DNA of 10,949 nt from Selaginella moellendorffii. Taxonomy: Eukaryota; Plantae; Lycopodiophyta. Location: assembly GCF_000143415.4 (NCBI RefSeq), contig NW_003314372.1, positions 1-10,949 on the forward strand, in the 5' to 3' direction. The notes under the pieces were generated by a model, which saw only the letters and a program-made list of their open reading frames with translations, did no database searches and was not told where the DNA came from. The position numbers and the translations under genes were made by a program. Below are positions 1 to 7,113 of this stretch, piece after piece. Every line of letters begins with the position of its first letter. Position 1 is the first letter of the stretch.

Positions 1-24
1 GTTACTTCATTATTGAAGCGGAAG

Positions 25-1650
25 AACTTTGTTAATCGTATTGTTCAATGGGCTTTGAAGCTTTAGACATATGATTTTAATATTGTTCATCGCCCGGGGA
101 GTTCTATGGCTGATGCTAATGCCCTTTTTGGAGCTCCTCTTCCTTCTTCACTCTCTTCTCATGTTTTTGAAGAGCCTGTTGTTTTAGCATCTGTGGATTT
201 TCTAGATAAAGATTCTGTGCCTAGGGAGTTCTATGGCTGATGCTGATGCCCTTTCTCGAGCTCCTCTTCCTTCTCCACTCTCTTCTCATGTTTTTGACCA
301 GCCTGTTGTTTTAGTATCTGTGGATTTTCTTAATGAGGATTCTGTGCCATCGGTAGTTGTTGTACTTGATGTTCAATGTCCACAAGGCATAGAGCAAGAT
401 CTACCTTCTCTTGATGAGGTTTGCAAGGCTCAAAAGATTGAGCCATGGATTCAAAGGCTTCAAGATGGGTTTAAGAATTTTGTATCACTTACTAATGACT
501 TGCCATTCTGGCATTTGCATTCTCAATATCACCTTGAAGATAGCCTTCTTTATTTTGTGGGGATAGATCCTGATGATCATTTATGGCTGGTGGTGCCTTC
601 CATCTTTATTCCACGGTTTCTTCATACCTACCATGATTCTCCTATCCTAGGCGGGCATATGGGACATCGTCATATGACCAAGAAGCTGTGCAAGTCTTTC
701 TATTAGCTAGAGATGCAACATAATGTTATCCGGTATGTGCATAGCTATGTTTGGTGCCAAGCTCATAATACTCCCCTTCATTCTGCAAAAGGATAGTTAG
801 AGTCAATTGCAGTTTCCTGTCCATTTGAGTTAATGGCATTTAATCTTATAGGACCTTTTCCATGATTAACTACTGACAATGAATATGTTATTATTGCTTC
901 TAACTATTTGACTTGTTGGGTGGAAGTTGGTGCTCTTGCTAGCACCTATGCAATTACTGTTGGATACTTCTTCCTCAATCGAGTGGTGTTCTAGTATTCT
1001 TGTCTAGAGCAAATTCTTTCGGATAATGGTCCCGCATTTATGGCTGAAGCATTTCATGTTTTGACCTCTCGGTTGGGGATATACCACACTTTCATGAGTG
1101 TTTATTATCCATAGTCAGATAGTTTGGTGGAACGGCTCGTTTGGCATTCAAAGAAATGATCGCAAAGTATGTGAACTTTTAGCATTCGGATTGGAATGGT
1201 TATTTGCCATTTCTTCAATATGCATATATCACAAGGGTGCAAAGTTCTATTGGTGCTTCACCATATAAACTTTTATATAGTCATAATCTAATATTACTAA
1301 TGGAAATGGGTTTATCTTTGCGATTGCCACGAGCTATTGATGCTAGGTCGTGGGATCAGTATTTGATGAGCTTTCTTCCACTTATCCAAAAAGAGTTTGT
1401 TGAACACTTAAGCCAGATACAATTGGGACAATAACGGCATTACAACTCCCATCATCATTCACCTGCAGAGTACAAAGTGGATGACTTGGTGTTAGTCTAT
1501 TTTCCATATCTTATGGTACATGATTTATCTAAAGGGCTCCATGCTCAGTGGAAAGGACCATTGTGGCAAGTTGGATCACAAGTTTATAAGGTTGGACATG
1601 ACATCTAGCAAGCCGATCCTCCAGAAATTGTGCGTAGTGGTTGAAACACT
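25..1650 (+). mobile_element. Degenerate Ty3/gypsy LTR-retrotransposon pol remnant (RNase H C-terminus, integrase Zn-finger, integrase core, GPY/F tail)
   Basis: Manual translation gives RIVQWALKL*TYDFNIVHRPG..ADALSR (RNase H end), YHDSPILGGHMG..FY*..YVHSYVWCQ (HHCC-like), PFELMAFNLIGPFP, ILSDNGPAF, YP*SDSLVER, LPFLQYAY..SIGASPYKLLY and QWKGP. Many in-frame stops and frameshifts. Confidence 0.93.
97..350 (+). repeat. Imperfect 127-bp tandem duplication inside the pol remnant
   Basis: gggagttctatggctgatgct...gattctgtgcc occurs at 97-223 and again at 224-350 with scattered substitutions. Confidence 0.9.
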
Positions 1651-1768
1651 TTGTATAAAGGGATTATGAACAACTGATACCACCTACAGATCCGCCGATG
1701 CCTCCTCCTAACATTCCTTTAGATCCAGGCCCATCTACAAGAGAACCCTGATAGTCTTCCATTATTCC

Positions 1769-1790
1769 GAGAGAAGGGGATGATGTGAGG
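1769..1790 (+). other. Probable polypurine tract and start of the 3' LTR
   Basis: GAGAGAAGGGGA (1769-1780) followed by TGA-TGTGAGG, about 130 bp after the integrase tail. The LTR end cannot be defined from this window. Confidence 0.55.
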
Positions 1791-3062
1791 TCCAAGTGTA
1801 TGGCTACAATATTGTATATTATAATTAGCATAGTGGGATTTTGGTAGCTGTTAAATTGGTTGGCAAAGTTCTTTCTTTCCTTTCAATTTAGCTTTGATCC
1901 ATGCATGTTTCTATTGCTAGACAACTGATACAAACAAACTTGTCGACGAATGCTTGTAGTCTTGTGCCTCTCCTGAATGTTGCCTCACTGTGTAAGAAGA
2001 AATCATGCTTCTTTGCTTCATTTATAACCAAAAATTCATTCAAAGACCAATGCCCCTGATTTCCAATTGGTTTCAGAAGCTTTGGTGGAGTGGGAGTAGT
2101 AAAATTCCCCTTGCTGAATTGAGAACCATCATACAGAATCTTGCTGACATTGAGTGGAGAACATGATCTCCAAGTCATTTGGCTGCTGCTCTCCCATTTT
2201 GCTCAAAACCCTAAAACCAAGAATTGACACATCAGCAATAGTGGCAGGAGGAAATAATTGACATATTAGCATTTTAGCCTGCTTGCAAGTTTGACAGTGG
2301 TCAATTGGCTGGGCCGGTTTTGAAAAACATTCAAATTGATTTCATTGTCACAATGCCACTATTAAAAAAATGACAGTGATGGTGACATGTACTAGGGCAA
2401 CATCACTTCAAATTGCTGATGTAGCCATCACAATTTGACTATGATGGTCAGATGTGCAGCATCTATTAAGATGTTGGAAGCTTTAGAATTGCACTTCAAG
2501 CTCCTGTCCTTTCACTTTTTGGGTTGTACGAATCACTCCATGCTGTTGTCCTTTTACTTCTTGGGCTATATGCTTGGGAGTGGTTTCATGCTTTGGTTTT
2601 TTACGCTCTTTAGCTATATGTTTGGGAGTTTCATGAGTGGTTGCTTTTTCTGTAAAAGATTTTTCAGGATGGTGTTCAAGTTGACAACCATGAGATGGTC
2701 ATTTCACCTCTGAATGTGAGTGTGATTTTGTATTTGACACTTGATAGATTTGACAAGCTCCATCCCTTTGTGTGGTGGCCTAAGGCTCTGAACTTGGGTT
2801 CCGCTCCACTGCCCTTGGCCCAGGTGGCTAAGGGTTACAGTTCCGCTTTGTAGTTATCCTATTGTAAAACACCATATAAAAAGTGAAAACCACGTGTGAT
2901 ATATTTGCAAAGCATATATAAAGGACTTTAAAGCTCTTGAGTGGAGAGACAAATACGTAAATCAAGCATGTAAATGAGGTGATGGAGGATGTATTATACT
3001 GTAGCATTCACCAAAAAGAAAATTACATTGATCTTCTAAACAAACTTGATTCAGATGTGGTT

Positions 3063-3366
3063 GATTTGGCCACCATGGTATGTAAGTAAAATTTGCAAGT
3101 AGCTCAAGAAAGGGTATAAAAGCTTGCTAATAAGCATTATTAATTTTGGGAATATAAGGTGGGAGACCTCGTTTTTGTGCAAATAACTTTCCATCAAATG
3201 AGTGATAAACATTTTAGGGTTTTTGCAAAGTGGGATAAGTGATAAACTTTTTCACAAATATATTGGTCCATAAAAAGTGTTGGAGTGCATTAGTTAAGTG
3301 GCTTATCAAGTGTGGCTACCAGCTAAAGTGAAAATTCATCTAATATTATATGTTGGTCAATTGAAG
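3063..3366 (+). mobile_element. Second degenerate Ty3/gypsy integrase C-terminal fragment (GPY/F region)
   Basis: Translates to NLQVAQERV*KLANKH..EYKVGDLVFV, KLFHKYIGP*KVLECIS*VAYQVWLPAKVKIH and VGQLK, matching the KL.PKYIGPY.I..RI..VAY.L.LP...IHPVFHVSQLK consensus. Confidence 0.8.
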
Positions 3367-3751
3367 TGTGTATTATTTTGGAATGAAAGGACCTTCTAGA
3401 TGTATATAGTTATAGATGATGGATCATGAATTTGAGTAAAGTTCCCTAAAAAAGGTGATCATCAATATGACTTATCTTTAAGATAAAGACTTTGTTGGGG
3501 GAAGAATTTTTACATGGTCAATAGGTAAGATTAAGGCATGGTAGAGCTTTTGAGGTAACTTGGGGGTGCTTAAGTGGTAAAGAATTTCAAAATGTTACCC
3601 AAACAAGGTTAAACCTCTTTATATTTGTTATTTAGCTCCAAATCTTAACAATATATCCATCCCTCTCATGCTTCAGGGTGAGCATTGCAAAACTTTCAAA
3701 ATAGTATATAATCTTTAATATTTTCTTATTTGAGACATTTGATTTGAGATG

Positions 3752-4717
3752 TTAATACCAAACAAAGTGACACTCTAAGAGCCAGTGGCAGACTTCTCCC
3801 ACACCAAGGTTCATGTGTAGCACTTTGAATGAAATGTGGGATGGGTCAAAGCCTGAGGTGTCCAAGTGACAAACTGCAGGAACCTCCACAAGCTTGCTGC
3901 AAGATTGTGAATATGGTTTCAGTGTCACCATAAGCGAATTGTATGGCACATGTAGAGTGCATATGGAAATGTCATGGGATGACAAGCTAGAGTCCCATCT
4001 GTAGCAACCATAGCCTTTTCTACCACCTCAAATTCCCCTCCACATCGCTCACAGTGTTTATGACATGCTTCAAATCGGGCCTGCTGACTATTGAAGACGC
4101 TTGCTCCAGGATAGTCTTCACGGAGACATGGCACGCCTTGATCTCGTCCTTGATGCTGGCATCCATAGAACACATGCTCAAGCTGTCCCACATTGCCTTT
4201 GATACAGAAGACTGCATCAGGATTTGCATCGTTGGCAGCAGTCGTGAGAAACCATGGTTCCAAGAACTGGCTCAAGGAGTGAATGCATGAACATACTGGG
4301 AGGAATTGAGTTGTCCCAGAGGAGAGGCGGTGGCAGCCGACAAGCATGTTCATCTGGAAGAAAAGCTTGGGGGATCAAATTCCAAGGTTAGATTCCATTG
4401 CACTCCTGGCAAGGTGATGATGCTGGCGGTGATGATCAATGTGGTGGCACACAGGAAGCCGGCTTTTTTTGCACGACTCGAGTGACATGGTGCCGGAAGC
4501 ATGGATTTCCCGCTTGATGCGCATTTTGGAGGCATCATCCAAGGGCGACAGCCTCTCCAGTATTGAGCCAGGAAGGAGACACCCCTGCGTCAAAAACAAA
4601 AGTAAGAGTTGAGAATGAGCGAGAGCTCATGACTAAGAGGCTCTTGAAGCTGACCACATGATGCACGAGAGAAATCGCAAGCAAGATACGTAGCAAAACG
4701 TGACCGCCAATAGACAT
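3752..4717 (-). pseudogene. BURP-domain protein (stand-alone burpitide cyclase-like), secreted; frameshifted as assembled
   Basis: Exon 1 4717-4655 (MSIGGHVLLRILLAISLVHHV, signal-like), 70-bp intron 4654-4585 (GTCAGC...TTTTTGACGCAG), exon 2 4584-3752. Joined frames give LSPLDD..SCKKAGFLC, LPG..LTLEF..SFLPDEHA, AMWDSLSMC..IKDEIKAC, then ACH-PMTFPYALYM-CH..VEVPAVCH-LDTSGFDPSHISFKVLHMNLGVGEV-CH-WLLECHFV-W. This is the CHx10CHx~24CHx25CHx8W BURP signature. About five frame changes are needed (near 4467, 4362, 4350-4270, 4036, 3938). Confidence 0.93.
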
Positions 4718-4845
4718 GGAAATGATAAAGGCTTTTGCCTACGCCCGTTCATTTATTCAATTTCAAAATAAATGTAGTTTAATAAAGCAGAGTTTCGTTT
4801 AACAGCTTGTTAACAAGAGAAATAGAGATTCGGTAAACAATACAA

Positions 4846-5835
4846 TCAATACTTGAGCATGGACACAAGGATTTTGCGAGTAGGCTCGAGCTTGGAAGTG
4901 GAATGTCTAGAATGGAGCACATGAGAATTTTCCAGCATGAGCACGTCCCCTTGCTCCCACTGCACAGCAAATTGTTTCTCCTGCATGATTTCACAGGCGG
5001 CTTTGATAGCATCCGTGGGCATGGCTGTCTCGTCTCCAAACTCAACATATGGCTCGCTAGAATCACGGACGTAGCTTGATCCAATCGCATTAAACCATGC
5101 CTTCTTGCCGCTTGGAAGCTGCTTGATTGCTGGGCAAGGCCCAAGGTAGAGCTTCACGAGTCCATTCTCAAGCTGCTTTCTCTTGTACCCATTCATATTG
5201 CTGAAGGAAAGAAATCTCATATAACTATCCATTGAAGAAGAATGTGGTGTGGTACCTGCCATATTTTGGTTGCTCCGATGCTGGCACGGTGAAGCAATAT
5301 ATCGCTCCCTTGTCCTCCAAATCTTGAAGAAAGCTAGGGAATTTTTTGGACAAGTCCTCGTAGACATCATCCCCTCTCACAATGCCCGTCGCGCCACCAC
5401 ATCCTTGGGGCGGTGCAACCTCGCAGTAGAAAACAAGCACGTCGGGAATGACGGGCATCTGCAAGGAAAGCTTCACGACTGGCAAATTTCTCTACTGTCC
5501 AAGCTTACATAAGTAATTTCGTTGTGGAAGCCGATTGGAATCTCGAGAGGGAGGTCGTCATTTGCTGTGTAAACCGAGCCTTTGACGTGTTTCCGATCTT
5601 GGCTCCCAAAGTGATCATGCAAGATCTTGTAGTCCAGAGCTTTGATAACTTGATCAAAATCCGCTGCGTCTTTCACCGGAAATCCTCTTAAGAGCAATGC
5701 TCCATTGCGAGCGAGCTTGTCATGGATCCAGGCTTTGTGCTCCTGGACCTTGGATATGAAGTCATCCAGCGGCAACTCTCGTTCGTCTGGATTTGGCACC
5801 ACAACAGCAGGGAACTTACCAAACTGGTCCTCCAT
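4846..5835 (-). CDS. Clavaminate synthase-like / TauD-TfdA family Fe(II)/2-oxoglutarate dioxygenase (At3g21360-like), 3 exons, 294 aa from ATG 5835
   Basis: Exons 5835-5509, 5458-5256 and 5200-4846 splice in frame (885 nt). Introns are 5508-5459 (50 bp, GTAAGC..CCTTGCAG) and 5255-5201 (55 bp, GTACCA..CCTTCAG). Motifs: FPAVV, GALLLRGFPV, VYTAN, IGFHNE (HxE, 5526-5518), FYCEVAP..GG.T, WFN, FGD, WEQGDVLMLEN..VLHSR..R. The true start may be ATG 5894 if one A is missing from the A5 run at 5883-5879. Confidence 0.93.
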
Positions 5836-5861
5836 AAGTGCCGGCGGCGGATGCAAGCGAG

Positions 5862-5881
5862 AAACCCTAACGTTAGGGTTT
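5862..5881. promoter_or_regulatory. Perfect 20-bp palindrome made of two inverted telo-boxes
   Basis: AAACCCTAAC|GTTAGGGTTT. Each arm contains the plant telo-box AAACCCTAA and the centre is AACGTT. Regulatory function is inferred. Confidence 0.6.
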
Positions 5882-6036
5882 TTCCCGTCGCCATGGAGGA
5901 CTAATCGATTGTCAACTCATCAAATTATAATAAAATCATGTCAGAAACCATAAATATCTAGAAAATGTCATCTGAAGCATTCTAGAGCTATATGATTGAT
6001 GCAATACCTTTAAACCTAAAGCCAAGGTAACCAATC

Positions 6037-6046
6037 TATTTATATA
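6037..6046 (-). promoter_or_regulatory. Candidate TATA box for the dioxygenase
   Basis: TATATAAATA on the minus strand about 140 bp upstream of ATG 5894. Confidence 0.35.
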
Positions 6047-6420
6047 TTTTATAATATATGGACTCTGAGTTAGATGCTTTATTTTGTCCACTACTATGTG
6101 AGTTGTTCATATGTCAAGTTGGCACCATGATCCAATGCTAGTTGGTGTGTCATTATTCAACATGTGGTCATTATAGTGTGTCATTATTCATTCTGATACA
6201 GTGGGCCAGGCTCGAAGAAATATTGTCTTTTGATAGAACTTCACGACAAAATTGTTCATTTATCAATGAACAGTTTTCCTCTTTTCCAAAAAGAAAAATA
6301 AAATGAGCTGAATTAGAAGTTTCTTTGTAGTTCAGTAAACATATGCAAACCTAAAGTTGGCCATGAATTGACTTTTCACATGATATTTTACTCTGGTCTT
6401 TGCGCTTTCTGGCACCAACA

Positions 6421-6429
6421 CTATTTAAG
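6421..6429 (+). promoter_or_regulatory. Candidate TATA-like box for the precursor peptide gene
   Basis: CTATTTAAG about 40 bp upstream of ATG 6464, followed by an A/C-rich leader (atacaaaacactcATG). Confidence 0.35.
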
Positions 6430-6463
6430 AAAGTGGCTTCATATTGTAATATACAAAACACTC

Positions 6464-7113
6464 ATGCAATTTCATTTGTTCTAGTGTTGTTCTTCACTGT
6501 AAGTTTTACAGTTGCTCTAGATGCTCTTGACATTGTCTATTTCGTTTTTCAGGCGACTTTAGCTCTCCGAATCGAAATAGATGCTGTTGAACAATCAACA
6601 ACGAACCCAACATCTATTCTGAAGGAGGTTACAGAAACGAAGGCTAAAGAAGAGAACACAACTCCAGAACTCAAGCAATCAATCAATCCCGAAGCCCCGT
6701 TATTCTATGCCAAGCAAGCAGTGAATCCCGAAGCCCCCTTACTCTGTGCCAAGCAAGCAGTGAATCCCGAAAGCCTGTTTTTTTATGCCAAGCCAGCAAT
6801 GAATCCCAAGGTCCCCAAGCAAGCAGTGAATCCCGAAAGCCTGTTTTTTTATGCCAAGCCAGCAATGAATCCCACCCCAAGCAAGCAGTGAATCCCGAAG
6901 CCCCCTTATTCTATGCCAAGCAAGCAGTGAATCCCGAAGCCCCCTTACTCTATGCCAAGCAAGCAGTGAATCCCGAAAGCCTGTTTATCTATGCCAAGCC
7001 AGCACTGAATCCCAAGGTTCCCAAGCAAGCAGTGAATCCCGACAGCAATGAATCCTGAGGTCCCCAAACAAGCACTGAATCCTGAGGTCCTGCTTCTCTA
7101 TGCCAAGCAGTGA
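6464..7113 (+). CDS. Secreted multi-core repeat peptide: putative split burpitide (cyclopeptide alkaloid) precursor; frameshifted as assembled
   Basis: Exon 1 6464-6498 M(A)ISFVLVLFFT (ATG is 1 nt out of frame, ATGCA vs ATGGCA). A 54-bp phase-0 intron 6499-6552 (GTAAGT..TTTTTCAG) follows. Exon 2 gives ATLA-LRIEID.., an acidic leader, then repeats AVNPE-xxxxY-AKQ ending at TGA 7111-7113. It is interrupted by a 4-bp deletion at 6874/5 and an inferred 23-bp deletion at 7042/3. Confidence 0.85.
6673..7110 (+). repeat. Coding tandem repeat with 39-bp core-bearing units and 27-bp coreless units
   Basis: Constant AAGCAAGCAGTGAATCCCGAA flanks variable 15-bp cassettes at 6694, 6733, 6772, 6838, 6900, 6939, 6978 and 7087. 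Unit lengths are multiples of 3. Confidence 0.95.

Noticed and set aside
1888-2713. ORFs 1888-2178 (-) and 2435-2713 (+)
   Set aside because: No recognisable domain. They are low-complexity sequence downstream of a PPT, probably LTR or TE-derived.
3420-3600. Chromodomain remnant (EVTW) after the second integrase fragment
   Set aside because: Too degenerate to support beyond a four-residue resemblance.
5225-5255. Alternative in-frame acceptor for dioxygenase intron 2 (TAG at 5227-5225)
   Set aside because: It would give a 31-bp intron, which is too short. The CAG at 5203-5201 has a proper pyrimidine tract.
4054-5953. Plus-strand ORFs 4054-4290, 5249-5512, 5705-5953, 5722-5904 and minus ORF 4779-5144
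   Set aside because: Antisense or alternate-frame shadows of the BURP and dioxygenase coding sequence.
6400-6463. ORF-track start at 6400 for the repeat protein
   Set aside because: It is a TTG codon, and the ORF reads through a canonical 54-bp intron. ATG 6464 plus the signal-peptide exon fits better.
6673-7110. CRISPR-like array (constant repeat plus variable spacer)
   Set aside because: The variable parts are only 15 bp and recur, units are codon multiples inside a spliced eukaryotic ORF, and there are no cas genes.
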